Source: Candidatus Eiseniibacteriota bacterium (GTDB lineage: Bacteria; Eisenbacteria; RBG-16-71-46; CAZAMP01). From it: DNA of 64,000 nt. Positions 28,811-39,215 of this stretch are shown here, piece after piece. Numbering within the stretch: the stretch's first letter is position 1; each line of letters begins with the position of its first letter. Position numbers and translations under genes: made by a program. The notes below the pieces were generated by a model, which saw nothing but the letters and a program-made list of their open reading frames with translations, ran no database searches and was not told where the DNA came from. The DNA lies in NCBI GenBank assembly GCA_965224245.1, contig OZ245046.1, positions 4,000,001-4,064,000 on the forward strand, given 5' to 3'.

Positions 28811-30085
28811 CTAGCGGTCGGAGACGGGCACGTAGGCGCGCTCGGACGCGCCGGTGTAGATCTGGCGAGGCCGGTAGATGCGGCCGTTCGGCTCCTCGCG
28901 CATCTCCTTCCAGTGCGCGATCCAGCCCGGAAGGCGACCCAGCGCGAACATGACCGTGAACATGTTCGTCGGGATCCCCATCGCGCGGTACAGGATGCCG
29001 CTGTAGAAGTCGACGTTCGGGTAGAGCTTCCGCTGGACGAAGAACTCGTCCTTGAGCGCGATGTCCTCGAGCGTGCGTGCGATGTCGAGGAGCGGGTCCT
29101 TCACGCCGAGCTCGGAGAGCACCTCGTCGGCGGAGGCCCTCAGGAGCTTCGCGCGCGGATCGTAGTTCTTGTAGACGCGATGCCCGAAGCCCATCAGCCG
29201 GAAGCCCGAGTCCTTGTCCTTGGACATCTCGACGTACTTCTTGTAGTCGCCGCCGTCGGCCTGGATGCGCTCGAGCATCTGGATGACGGCCTGGTTGGCG
29301 CCCCCGTGGCGGGGCCCCCACAGCGCCGAGATCCCGGCCGAGATCGACGCGAAGAGACTCGCATGACTCGAGCCGACCATGCGCACGGTGGACGTGCTGC
29401 AGTTCTGCTCGTGGTCGGCGTGCAGGATCAGGAGCATCGTCAGCGCGCGCTCGACGACCGGCGAGACCGTGTACGACTCGGCGGGCACCGAGAACATCAT
29501 GTGCAACAGATCGCCGGCGTAGCTGAGATCGTTGCGCGGATAGACGTACGGCTGGCCGATCGACTTCTTGTACGAGAACGCCGCGATCGTCTTCACCTTG
29601 GCCAGGAGCCGCGTGATGTTGAGGTTCAGGATGTCGGCGTCCTCGCTCTCGGGGTAGTACGGCGAGAGCGACGTGACCATCGCGGACAGGATCGCCATCG
29701 GGTGTGCGGTCGGCGGGTAGCCCTCGAAGAACTTCTTCATGTCCTCGTGGATCATGCTGTGCCGCGTCAACCGCTCGCGGAACTCGTCGAGCTCCTTCGC
29801 CTTCGGCAGCTCTCCGTAGATCAGGAGATAGGCCACCTCGATGAAGCTCGACGCCTCGGCCAGCTGCTCGATCGGGTAGCCGCGATAGCGGAGGATGCCC
29901 TTCTCTCCGTTGATGTATGTGATGGCACTCTGGCAGGAGCCCGTGTTGCCGTATCCGGAATCGAGGGTGATCGCCCCCGAGCGGCCCCGGAGCTTCGTGA
30001 CGTCGACACCGACCTCGTTCTCGGTGCCCACCACGACCGGCAGGTCGTAGTCCGATCCGTCGATTCTGAGGGTTGCGTTTGGCAT
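28811..30085 (-). CDS. gltA: Citrate synthase (type II)
   Basis: GILRYRGYPIEQLA, LHADHEQNCST, HGGAN, RLMGFGHRVYKNYDPR, LYPNVDFYSG. Confidence 0.97.
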   Translation of the reverse strand: MPNATLRIDGSDYDLPVVVGTENEVGVDVTKLRGRSGAITLDSGYGNTGSCQSAITYINGEKGILRYRGYPIEQLAEASSFIEVAYLLIYGELPKAKELDEFRERLTRHSMIHEDMKKFFEGYPPTAHPMAILSAMVTSLSPYYPESEDADILNLNITRLLAKVKTIAAFSYKKSIGQPYVYPRNDLSYAGDLLHMMFSVPAESYTVSPVVERALTMLLILHADHEQNCSTSTVRMVGSSHASLFASISAGISALWGPRHGGANQAVIQMLERIQADGGDYKKYVEMSKDKDSGFRLMGFGHRVYKNYDPRAKLLRASADEVLSELGVKDPLLDIARTLEDIALKDEFFVQRKLYPNVDFYSGILYRAMGIPTNMFTVMFALGRLPGWIAHWKEMREEPNGRIYRPRQIYTGASERAYVPVSDR

Positions 30086-30737
30086 TTGAGGACACTCCGT
30101 GTACGGCGCGCGTCACGACTTCGGACGGAGAGAGTCTCCTCAGACGCGGCGTCGCTCGATCGGGACGCGCGCGTGTGTTTCGCGTCTGGAGGGAACAAAA
30201 AGACGCTACCACGAAACCACATCGGGGGAAAGATACGTGGTTTCCGGTATGAGACTGCGGCATGGCCACCCCACGTGGAGCCGATCCGGGTTCGACCGAG
30301 GTCCCCCGGCGACGTCTCGACGTGCCCCCGACGACGTGTGCGATGCGTGTCTCGATGCGCCGGCGACGTCGGCGGTGCGGACGTCGGCGGTCGCGAACAC
30401 GTGACCTCCGACCGCACCCCACGCCGTCGACATCCGCGTGGTCCTGCACCCGGTCACGACGCGCGCGAAACCGGATGTCCGGGACCGCCTCGGTCACGTG
30501 CCGCGGCGCCCCGCCGGTGCGGTCGTGGGGCCGGGATGGATGGAGAACGTGATCGGGCGGCGCCCGGCGGCCCCCGCGGCCGGCTCGGGGGGCCGCCCGC
30601 TCCCCACCACAGTGGCCGCCGCTCGGGCGGGAGCAGCGGAGCCCCGTTTCGGGTACACTCTTCGGCGCCGGTTGGGCACCCTGGACCGGCGAGACCTCCC
30701 ACGCGGCCGCTGGGGTTCAACTTCGAGGAGATACAGA

Positions 30738-32864
30738 GTGAACGGGCACGGTTCCGGCGTCGCGTTGGCCGCGGCGCTCGTTCTGACCACTCCCTCTCTC
30801 GCCGGGCCCGGCGACGGCTGGGACGGCGGCCTGGGGGCTCTCGCCACGGCACCGGTGACGGTCACCACCCAGGCCGCGGCGAACGCCGTGCGCGAGGGTG
30901 GCACCGTCGACGTGGCCGCGATCCTCACGATGAGCGACGGATGGCACGTCAACTCGAACCGTCCGCTCGAGGAGTGGCTCATCCCCACGGAGGTGTGGCT
31001 GGACGACTCCACGTACGTGGACGTGATCGACGTGGCCTGGCCCGAAGCCCACGAGATCGACCTCGAGTTCTCCGAGGTCCCGATGTCGGTCTTCGAGGAG
31101 CAGGCCGTGATCGGCATCCGGCTCCGCGTCCGGGACCTCGCCGCCGGCGAGACGCTCCGGCTGGAGGGCGGTGTCGGGTACCAGGCGTGCAACGATCAGA
31201 CGTGCGCGGCACCCCAGGAGGAGGCGTTCGTCTTCGTGCTTCCGGTCGTGACCGGATCCGCCTCCATCGACGCGCTCGCGCCCGACCTGTTCGCCTCCCT
31301 CGGGCTCGCCGACCCGGGCGCGCCGGGGGGAGCCGACGACGTCGATGGCGCATCCACCGACGACGGCTCGTCCGTGGGGGCGGACACGGGAACCGGCCAC
31401 GGCGCATCCGCGACCCCCGGCGACGTCGTGCCGTCCGACGAGGCGCGACCCGGCGTCGTCTCGCGCGTGAAGGAGTGGCTGAACGCGTCTCTGGCCAGCA
31501 ACTTCGGCAATCCGGTGGTCGCAGCGCTCCTGATCCTCGTGCTCGGGCTCATGTCGGCGGCCACGCCGTGCGTGTACCCGATGATCCCGATCACCGTCCG
31601 CATTCTAATGGGCCGCGGCGGCGGCAATGCCGCGCTGGGTCGCACGCACGCGTTCCTCTACTTTCTGGGCATCATCCTCATCTACGCGGTGATGGGCTTC
31701 GTCGCAGGGGCCACCGGCGGCGGGTTCAACCGGTTCATGCAGATCCCGGTGGTCATCCTGGCGTTCGCGATCCTGTTCGCGCTGCTGGGGCTGAGCATGT
31801 TCGGCCTGTTCGAGATCCAGATCCCCGCGTCGGTCGCATCCAAGGTGGACAGCTCGATGTCGTCGCGCAGCGGACTGTTCGGCACGGTGCTGATGGGGGC
31901 CGGGGCCGGGCTCGTGGTCTCGCCGTGCGTGGGACCGGTCGTCGTGTTCATCCTGACCCAGATCGCGGCCCAGATCGCGGCGGCCCAGGCCGCCGGAGGC
32001 GGTGCGGTCGGAACGTCGGGGCCGCTCCTCTACGGCTCGTACCTGATGGCCGCGTACGGCGCGGGGCTCGGCGTCCCGTTCCTCGTGGTCGGACTGTTCT
32101 CGGCGCGATCGATGGCGAAGCCCGGCTCGTGGATGACCTACGTGCGCATCGCTCTGGGCGTGATCATCCTGTATTTCGCGTACGACTACTTCAAGAAGGC
32201 CATGGGCACCTGGGGCGTCGACGTCGCGCTGGCCAAGTCGATGGTGCTCGGCATCGTGCTGATCTTCCTGGCCGTCATGTGGGGGGCGTTCCGCACCCGG
32301 ATCGAGGACGGCCCCCACGCGGGCTGGCACAAGGTCCGCCTGGCCACCACGATCATCATGCTGATCGTGGGCGTGTTCTGCCTGTGGACGAGCCTCAGCC
32401 GGTCGGGCCTGATCGCCGGCGGCCCCATCGCCACCTCCGCGCCTCACACCGAGGTCGCCGAGTCGGCGCCGGGAACCGAGGACTCGCACGGGCTCGTCTG
32501 GTATCGCGACTTCGAGCTGGCGATGTCCGACGCGCGCGCGTCCAACCTGCCGGTGTTCGTCGACTTCTATGCGAACTGGTGCGCCAACTGCAAGGTGTTC
32601 AGCAAGCAGGCCGCCGAGGAAGGCCCGCTCCGGGCCGCGCTGGAGAGCGTCGTGATCGCCAAGGTGTACGACACCGACGACGTCTACGACCGGCTCTCGG
32701 CCGATCCGGACTTCGCCGAGCTCAAGCGCGACTTCCTGCCGTTCTTCGCGATCCTCTCGTCCGACGGCGAGCTCCTGTGGAAGGGCAGCGACTACAAGGC
32801 GCACGACGTGTTCATCCGCGAGCTCGAACGCGCCAAGACGCTCGAGCTCGAGGGCGTATCGTAG
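30738..32864 (+). CDS. dsbD: DsbD-like thiol:disulfide interchange protein
   Basis: N-domain YQACNDQTC; TM domain TPCVYPMIP and SPCVGP; thioredoxin domain DFYANWCANCK; GTG 30738 follows GAGGAG. Confidence 0.88.
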   Translation: MNGHGSGVALAAALVLTTPSLAGPGDGWDGGLGALATAPVTVTTQAAANAVREGGTVDVAAILTMSDGWHVNSNRPLEEWLIPTEVWLDDSTYVDVIDVAWPEAHEIDLEFSEVPMSVFEEQAVIGIRLRVRDLAAGETLRLEGGVGYQACNDQTCAAPQEEAFVFVLPVVTGSASIDALAPDLFASLGLADPGAPGGADDVDGASTDDGSSVGADTGTGHGASATPGDVVPSDEARPGVVSRVKEWLNASLASNFGNPVVAALLILVLGLMSAATPCVYPMIPITVRILMGRGGGNAALGRTHAFLYFLGIILIYAVMGFVAGATGGGFNRFMQIPVVILAFAILFALLGLSMFGLFEIQIPASVASKVDSSMSSRSGLFGTVLMGAGAGLVVSPCVGPVVVFILTQIAAQIAAAQAAGGGAVGTSGPLLYGSYLMAAYGAGLGVPFLVVGLFSARSMAKPGSWMTYVRIALGVIILYFAYDYFKKAMGTWGVDVALAKSMVLGIVLIFLAVMWGAFRTRIEDGPHAGWHKVRLATTIIMLIVGVFCLWTSLSRSGLIAGGPIATSAPHTEVAESAPGTEDSHGLVWYRDFELAMSDARASNLPVFVDFYANWCANCKVFSKQAAEEGPLRAALESVVIAKVYDTDDVYDRLSADPDFAELKRDFLPFFAILSSDGELLWKGSDYKAHDVFIRELERAKTLELEGVS

Positions 32865-34853
32865 TCAGTCGACCACCACGCAGGCGAGCGGCTCGCGATT
32901 CGCATCCGCGGCCGCCCGCAGAATCTCGCGGATCCGCGGGTACGATCCCGCCCCGAACGTCGGCGCCTCGACGTTGAACACCTCGTGCACCGTCACCGAG
33001 CCGTCGACCGCCGACACCCTCCGGACGTAGCGGAGCAGACTGGCCTGACCGATCCCCCGCTCGTCCGGTGCCTCGACGCGGGTGACGGACTCGGGGAGCG
33101 AGATCGTCGTGTCGATCGTGTAGCGACAGGCGTAGCCGAAGTCGACCGGTGTGCGACGCGGGCGATCGGGCAGCTCCACCGCCCACACCGCGGGGGTCAC
33201 GACCGACGTCTCGAGCAGCCACACACCGCCGGCGTCGGAGAGGAAGCCCTGCGCGTCGAAGGACGCGGTGACCTGGACCCGTCCGTCGGTGCGCTCGGCA
33301 CAGGTGAGCGACCCCAGCGACAGCCGCTCGTCCAGGCCGACCAGCGCGTCGAGCGCGTCCACGATGTCGTCCACCCGCTCGGGCAACACGGTGTCCGCGT
33401 GCCGGAAGGCCCCCGTGGCCAGCCCCGTGACCATGACGCCGATCTCACCGGCCAGGGTACCGTCGGCGTCGGCGGCCGCGTCGACGGTCACGCTCACCGC
33501 CGGGTCGCCGCCGCGATCGCTCGGAAGCTGCGCCGCCACGAGCCGATCGAGGAGCACGCCGCTCGACCCGGCGACCTCGGGACCGAGCAGACCCACCGGC
33601 GTACCGACGTCGGCCACGTCGATGAGTCCACCTCCCCAGTCGGATTGCGGATCGAGCTCGGGCACGTAGAGCAGGACGTAGTTGAAGAGGTTCGGATTGA
33701 AGACCCGGGTCTCCCGTCGGCCACGCCCCAGCCGATGCACCCCGACCGGAACCGCGCCGATGTCGAGCTCGCTCAGGATCGCGGCCACGATTCCGCACAG
33801 GTCCGACGGGAGGGCCAGGTCCTCCAGCTCGGACGGAGGTCTCGGCTCGAACAGCGCCCAGGACGCCCAGTCCACCACGTCCCAGCGCGATCGCGCCCAC
33901 CTGACGGCGCCCTGGACCTTCTCGAGCGTCGACGGACGCGCCGCGAGGGAGGCGGCGATCTCGGCCACCTCCGGCCGCATGGCCTCCACCGCGGGCCGGA
34001 ACTCGTCTTCCACGTACCACTCCGCAGCGTCCAGGGCGCTGAACTCGGCCGCGTCCAGCCCGACGATCACCGCCTCTCCCATCCGATCGGCGGGCGGTGA
34101 GAGCGGCTCGACCGACATCCCGGGGCGGTTCGTCCACGTCCACGTGTGCACCCGCGTCTCGCCCTCGACGCGCATCTCCGGCGTCGCACCCGGCGGACCG
34201 TAGACTCTCCAGTCGTCGAGAAACTCCCGCTTCGCCGTCTCGAGCGGCGTCATGCGACCGGCGCGCGGAGCGGGCTCTCGATACTCGAAGCGCCCTTCCA
34301 GGCAGGGAAACGGGAGATCGAGATCCGCCTCGTAGTACGGAAGACCGCCCCGCCCCGCGTAGAGCTCGTACGAGATCTCGATGATGACCCGATCCTCGAA
34401 GTTCGGGATCGCGAAGCGCCAGCGATGGAGTCCGGGCACGACCTGCTCGCGGTACACCTCGTCGGACGAGAGCTCGCGCGCGGTCTTGTCGACGGCGTCG
34501 GTGACGATGACGGTGAGATCCTCGTACTGGGCGCCGAGCACCTCGGTGAGCGACCAGGTTCGGAGCGGTTCGGCCTTCTCGGCGTCGAGGATGGCCACCG
34601 CGACGTACCGCTCCAGCTCCGAGTCGAAGTTGCGCGCCGCCGAGTTCCACCGCAGGGCCATCGTGTTGTGGTTCTTCAGGTAGACGGCCCCGGCCTCGGC
34701 GTGCTCGGCCTCCAGCGTCTCCCAGAACGCGTCGCTGGTTCGATAGGCTCGGACGGTCTCCGTCCGCTTGCGCCGCCGCGGCGCGGCGTCCGCGAGATCG
34801 GCCACGACGGCGAGCAGCGCCACCAGCGTGGGCAGCCATACCTTCCACGACAT
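32865..34853 (-). CDS. DUF3857/transglutaminase-like exported protein, probably catalytically inactive
   Basis: Signal peptide MSWKVWLPTLVALLAVV; FAIPN....IIEISY; TG-like core with FNYVLLY. ATG 34853 follows GAGGGG. Confidence 0.7.
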   Translation of the reverse strand: MSWKVWLPTLVALLAVVADLADAAPRRRKRTETVRAYRTSDAFWETLEAEHAEAGAVYLKNHNTMALRWNSAARNFDSELERYVAVAILDAEKAEPLRTWSLTEVLGAQYEDLTVIVTDAVDKTARELSSDEVYREQVVPGLHRWRFAIPNFEDRVIIEISYELYAGRGGLPYYEADLDLPFPCLEGRFEYREPAPRAGRMTPLETAKREFLDDWRVYGPPGATPEMRVEGETRVHTWTWTNRPGMSVEPLSPPADRMGEAVIVGLDAAEFSALDAAEWYVEDEFRPAVEAMRPEVAEIAASLAARPSTLEKVQGAVRWARSRWDVVDWASWALFEPRPPSELEDLALPSDLCGIVAAILSELDIGAVPVGVHRLGRGRRETRVFNPNLFNYVLLYVPELDPQSDWGGGLIDVADVGTPVGLLGPEVAGSSGVLLDRLVAAQLPSDRGGDPAVSVTVDAAADADGTLAGEIGVMVTGLATGAFRHADTVLPERVDDIVDALDALVGLDERLSLGSLTCAERTDGRVQVTASFDAQGFLSDAGGVWLLETSVVTPAVWAVELPDRPRRTPVDFGYACRYTIDTTISLPESVTRVEAPDERGIGQASLLRYVRRVSAVDGSVTVHEVFNVEAPTFGAGSYPRIREILRAAADANREPLACVVVD

Positions 34854-34879
34854 CCTCGCGACCCCCTCGTCCGACGTCC

Positions 34880-36727
34880 TCACCGGAGACTCTCGAGCGG
34901 CGGTATGCCCCCGCGTCGCTGCCGCACCCGAGTCGCGGCTCGGTGCGAGGCGCTGAAGTCTCCCGGCACGACCTCGAGAGCCTCCACCCGGAGCTCTCGA
35001 GATAGGTCCAGGGAGCCTCCGGCGAAGCGCCCCGTCATGCGGCCGGTCACGATCCCCCCGGACACGTCCGTGGCCACGCTGTCCCGCCCGGCCGGTCGCA
35101 GGGTGGCCGGCATCGCCAGCCGGACGCGCTCGTCGTAGAGCCGGCAGAACGTCGCTTCCTCGGCCCAGGCGCCCGTCGAATCCGGAAGGCCCCGCGGGAT
35201 CAGGTCGTTCAGAAACGACAGGTCCAGGCCGGCGCGGCTTCCGATCCGGCGCAGGACACGGGGGGCAGAGACCTCGAACGCGCCCACGATGTCGCCTGCC
35301 TCCTCGAGGAGCTCGACGACCCGGATCGACCCCGTTGCGCGCCCGCCGAGAATCGATCGCGTGGTCTCGCTCCAGCGCGACCGATCTCGAACGCGCTGGC
35401 CCCGGTACGCGAGCGCCTCCTGACCCGTGAGTCGCACGCGGAGCTCCGCGGTGAGCGAACCCTCCTCGTCGACGTGTCCTTCCAGCGTCACCACGCGCGT
35501 GTTCCGGTCCGGAGGATCGATCGGAGTCCGCACCAGGCCCCGACACTCCGGCGAGAGCGGCAGCACCAGTCGACCCTGGTCCCACCAGGGCAGCTCCGCC
35601 GGCGTCGACCGGTCGCTCGTGAGGTCCACCCACAGCGTGTCGCCGTCCACTTCGACCATCGTGATCACGTGATCGAACCCGAGCGCGACCGGCAGCTCGG
35701 GACGTGGCACGAAGTCGCTCGAGCGGGTCGCGATCAGGGCCGGCGATGCGCGGAGCCCCACCGCCTCCAGCGCACCCGTCAGGAGATTCGCCATCGCCTT
35801 GCAGTCGCCGTAGCCGCGATCCAGCGTCTCGTCCGCGGCCGGCGGAAACCACCCCCCGAGCCCTACCCACACCGCGACGTAGTGCAGGCGATCGTCGAGC
35901 GCGTCGATGACCTGGATCGCGGCCGCGCGCTCGGATGCGACACGCGCGGCGATGTCGTGGGCCAGCGCGGAGACGGACTCGGCGCGGCGCGCGTCGGCGT
36001 AGTCCGGCGCGAACACACCGGCCACGTCGCACCAGTCGAGGATGGGCCGTCCCATCACTCGACCGGCCGAGAGCCACAGTCTCCCGATGTCGTCGGCATC
36101 CGGACTGCACGTGGGCGGGTCGTGATACGTCCACGTCCATGTCGTGGAGTCGGGAGACACGTCCGGCGCGGGCACGTCGCCGGTGGTCAGCCAGCGGAAC
36201 GGATAGCCCGGCGGCACGACGAGCTCGAACTCGGCAACCGTCACCGGCCACTCCCGCGCGAACGCATGTCCCGGCAACCCCAGCACCGGCTCGTGCGTCT
36301 CCTCGACCACCACCGAGACCTCGTCTCCGGCGCGGGGCGAGAGTCGGTGCCAGACGTAGACCGCATCGGAGTACAGCGCGTAGTCGGCGTGAAGCGGGAG
36401 GCGCTCCGCATCGGACTTCGACCGATCGAGTCGCTCGACCCCGTCGTTGCGGACCTCGACGTCGAACGTCTCGAGGTCGATGAGCTGGCTCGTGTACGCA
36501 CCCGGCTCCGCGAGGGCTCCCACCCGATCGGGGTCGTGGATCCGATACGAACGGTTGCGCACGACGCGATAGGACTCCCCCCGATCATCGAGCTCGACGC
36601 GCACCCGATCCACGTCGATGACGGCCGCCGGATCGCCGGCCGTCGACGAGGATGCCGACGTGGACGCCAGCACGAGGAGGATCCCTGCCGAGACAACGTC
36701 GGCGAGCGCGTTCCTGACCGTCGACAT
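34880..36727 (-). CDS. DUF3857 and transglutaminase domain exported protein
   Basis: GGWFP..ADETLDRGYGDCKAMANLL, FDHVIT, WVDLT (Cys-His-Asp triad); signal peptide. Confidence 0.82.
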   Translation of the reverse strand: MSTVRNALADVVSAGILLVLASTSASSSTAGDPAAVIDVDRVRVELDDRGESYRVVRNRSYRIHDPDRVGALAEPGAYTSQLIDLETFDVEVRNDGVERLDRSKSDAERLPLHADYALYSDAVYVWHRLSPRAGDEVSVVVEETHEPVLGLPGHAFAREWPVTVAEFELVVPPGYPFRWLTTGDVPAPDVSPDSTTWTWTYHDPPTCSPDADDIGRLWLSAGRVMGRPILDWCDVAGVFAPDYADARRAESVSALAHDIAARVASERAAAIQVIDALDDRLHYVAVWVGLGGWFPPAADETLDRGYGDCKAMANLLTGALEAVGLRASPALIATRSSDFVPRPELPVALGFDHVITMVEVDGDTLWVDLTSDRSTPAELPWWDQGRLVLPLSPECRGLVRTPIDPPDRNTRVVTLEGHVDEEGSLTAELRVRLTGQEALAYRGQRVRDRSRWSETTRSILGGRATGSIRVVELLEEAGDIVGAFEVSAPRVLRRIGSRAGLDLSFLNDLIPRGLPDSTGAWAEEATFCRLYDERVRLAMPATLRPAGRDSVATDVSGGIVTGRMTGRFAGGSLDLSRELRVEALEVVPGDFSASHRAATRVRQRRGGIPPLESLR

Positions 36728-36951
36728 CCGGGCTCCGGGTCCGTCGGGATGTGTGACCGGCATCGGCACACGGGCACGTCTCACGACGCGCATTCTAGAC
36801 GGGGAACGCGGGGATCACAGCCACCATCCACCCGATCGGCGCGACGTGTTCCTCGCGATCATCGCATGACCGGCCTTTTGGAAACCGAGTGACCGGGCTC
36901 GCCGGTATGGTCATCGACGTGCCATGGCCCTCGTCAGGAGACGACCCCACG

Positions 36952-38490
36952 ATGATGGAACGAGCCCGCCTGACCACCGCGTCCATGGTCCTGGTCGCAA
37001 TGGCCGCCATGCCCGCCGGAAGCGTCCGGGCCGACGCGTGCGAGGGCACCTGGGTGGGAGGCATCGAGCTCCCCGACCGCTACCTCTTCCTGGTGGCCGA
37101 TCTGGCCGGCGACGGCGCATCCGGAACGCTCGGGTTCGCCGACGGCGAACGTGCGTCGGTCACGATCGATGCGTGCACCGCCGACAGCGTCCGCCTCGCC
37201 ATCGAGGCGGACGGGACGGACTACGTCTTCCATGCTCGCCTCGCGGCGAACGAGATGGAGGGTCGCTTCTCTCCACGCGAGGACCCGGCCACCGCGTTCC
37301 CGTTCCGGCTGCATCGCCTGTACCCGGTGCGAACCGAGACGCTGGCCGCGCTCGAGGGGACCTACGTCTTCGACGATCACTCCCGGCTGAAGGTGAGAGC
37401 CGTGGGCTCGGGATACCTTCGAGCGTACGCCATGGACACCGGACGCTTTCGGAACCTCTACCCGGCGTCGGATGTCGACTTCCGCGAGGCGACCGACCTC
37501 TCCCGACCCGACGGTCAGGTCCGGGTCACGTTCGGGGCGGGCACGCTCGAGCACGGGACGAGAGGTCGTGCCCGCCGGGTGGAGAATCGACCTCTTCCCC
37601 CGTCCTGGACCCAGCAGGACGGCCGGACGGTGATCGAGCTGACGCCCGGGACCCACGTCGATCTGCTGCGCGTGACCGCCGGCGCGTTCGAGATGGGCTC
37701 GGCGATGACCGCACGAGAGGCAGAGCACCTGTTCGGACTCGATGACGGAACGATCCGTCGATTCGAGCACCCGGCCCGCCGAACCCGGATCACGAAGGAC
37801 TACTGGCTGGCCCGTTCCGAGGTCACGAACGCACAGTTTCGCGCCTTCGTCGACGAGGAGGCCTACATCACGACCGCGGAGCTCGAGGAATCGGGTCTCC
37901 TGTGGATCGACGGACAGTTCACGCGCGTCCCGGGTGCGAGCTGGCGACATCCGGGACGCGTCGTTCGGCCGAACGACCCGGTCGTGATGATCAGCTGGCG
38001 TGACGCGGCGGCGTTCTGCGACTGGCTGTCGCGACGAACCGGACGAGACGTCCGGCTTCCCACCGAGGCCGAGTGGGAGTACGCGTGCACCGACGGTCGT
38101 GACGCGCTGTACGGATACGGTGACGATCCGACGGCGCTCGCGCGCTACGCGTGGTACTCGGCGAACGCGGCGGGCGAGCCCCATGAGGTCGAGACGCGCG
38201 AACCCGACGCCCGGGGCTTCCACGACATGCACGGCAACGTCTGGGAGTGGTGCGCCGACTGGTATGCGGCGATCGACCCCACCGTGGACGCCGTGGATCC
38301 GACGGGTCCCGAGCACGGTGACGAGAAGGTGATCCGCGGCGGCAGCTGGATCAACGGTGCGTTCGACTGCCGCTCCAGCTACCGGGCACACGACGACCCG
38401 GGGCTCGCCGAGCCACACTTCGGCTTCCGGATCTGTGCGACCGCTCTGGACGACGGTCGCTCGAGTGGCCGGACGGACACCGGCCGCTAG
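36952..38490 (+). CDS. Exported SUMF1/FGE-sulfatase (PvdO-like) domain protein
   Basis: AGAFEMGS, SEVTNAQF, PVVMISWRDA, RLPTEAEWEYA, DMHGNVWEWC, RGGSW, FGFR; N-terminal signal and extra domain. Confidence 0.88.
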   Translation: MMERARLTTASMVLVAMAAMPAGSVRADACEGTWVGGIELPDRYLFLVADLAGDGASGTLGFADGERASVTIDACTADSVRLAIEADGTDYVFHARLAANEMEGRFSPREDPATAFPFRLHRLYPVRTETLAALEGTYVFDDHSRLKVRAVGSGYLRAYAMDTGRFRNLYPASDVDFREATDLSRPDGQVRVTFGAGTLEHGTRGRARRVENRPLPPSWTQQDGRTVIELTPGTHVDLLRVTAGAFEMGSAMTAREAEHLFGLDDGTIRRFEHPARRTRITKDYWLARSEVTNAQFRAFVDEEAYITTAELEESGLLWIDGQFTRVPGASWRHPGRVVRPNDPVVMISWRDAAAFCDWLSRRTGRDVRLPTEAEWEYACTDGRDALYGYGDDPTALARYAWYSANAAGEPHEVETREPDARGFHDMHGNVWEWCADWYAAIDPTVDAVDPTGPEHGDEKVIRGGSWINGAFDCRSSYRAHDDPGLAEPHFGFRICATALDDGRSSGRTDTGR

Positions 38491-39215
38491 TCGTCGCCGC
38501 GACGCACGCGAACCCGCATCACCGCGCCGCGATGCCAGTCCGCGTGAAGCGGCGCCGACACGAACGCGTCGGTGTGCGTCTCCGCGAGCGCTCTCGCCTG
38601 AGCGTCGTGGTCGTCGCGCGCGACGAAGACCAGGAGCTCGCCCCCCGGCGCCAGAAACGGACGCGCGAGGGGCCACACGACGTCGGGTGGCGCGACCGCA
38701 CGCGACGTCACGAGATCGCAGGCTCCGGCCAGCTCTCGATCGCCGGCGGCGTCCTCGGCCCGCTCCCGGCGCACGTGCACGTTCGGCAGTCGATCGGCCA
38801 TCGCGGTCAGGAAGAGCGTCTTCCGTCGAAGGGGCTCCAGGAGCGTGACGTCCCAGGCGGGCCGCGCCGCCGCCAGCACGATGCCGGGCAGTCCACCGCC
38901 GGAGCCGATGTCGAGCACGCGGCGCGTCACGTCCAGACCGGCCGGATCGACCCGTAGCGGCACCAGCGATGCGGCCAGATGCTTGTCGACGAGGCGCGAG
39001 AGCTCGACGCGGCTCACCAGATTCACGCGCGACGACCACGCGACGAGCGCCTCGGCGTACGCGAGCAGCCGCTCGTGCGTCGAGTTCGCCACCACGACGC
39101 CGCTTCGGGTCACGGCGGCGAGCAGCGCGTCCAGCTCGGTGGGAAACGCCGACGTGTCGATCGCGGCCCGCGCCCCGGGGAATCGCCTCGGGTCACGGCG
39201 TCGCGAGCCGCTCAC
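38487..39215 (-). CDS. rsmG: 16S rRNA m7G527 methyltransferase RsmG (GidB)
   Basis: W...NLVS...H...SL, VLDIGSGGGLPGIVLA, E..RRK..FL, RAE, VTSRAVA. GTG start overlaps the upstream TGA. Confidence 0.88.
   Translation of the reverse strand: MSGSRRRDPRRFPGARAAIDTSAFPTELDALLAAVTRSGVVVANSTHERLLAYAEALVAWSSRVNLVSRVELSRLVDKHLAASLVPLRVDPAGLDVTRRVLDIGSGGGLPGIVLAAARPAWDVTLLEPLRRKTLFLTAMADRLPNVHVRRERAEDAAGDRELAGACDLVTSRAVAPPDVVWPLARPFLAPGGELLVFVARDDHDAQARALAETHTDAFVSAPLHADWHRGAVMRVRVRRGDD

Noticed and set aside
28913-32977. Very long shadow ORFs (1354 aa here; also 12338..15592, 8444..10717, 44451..46838 and similar)
   Set aside because: These are Arg/Ala/Pro-rich antisense or off-frame translations overlapping well-supported genes, as expected in high-GC DNA.
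36952-38490. True formylglycine-generating enzyme for the sulfatase-like gene
   Set aside because: It lacks the FGE two-Cys core (reads GGSWINGAFDCR), and the sulfatase-like protein has no CxPxR motif.
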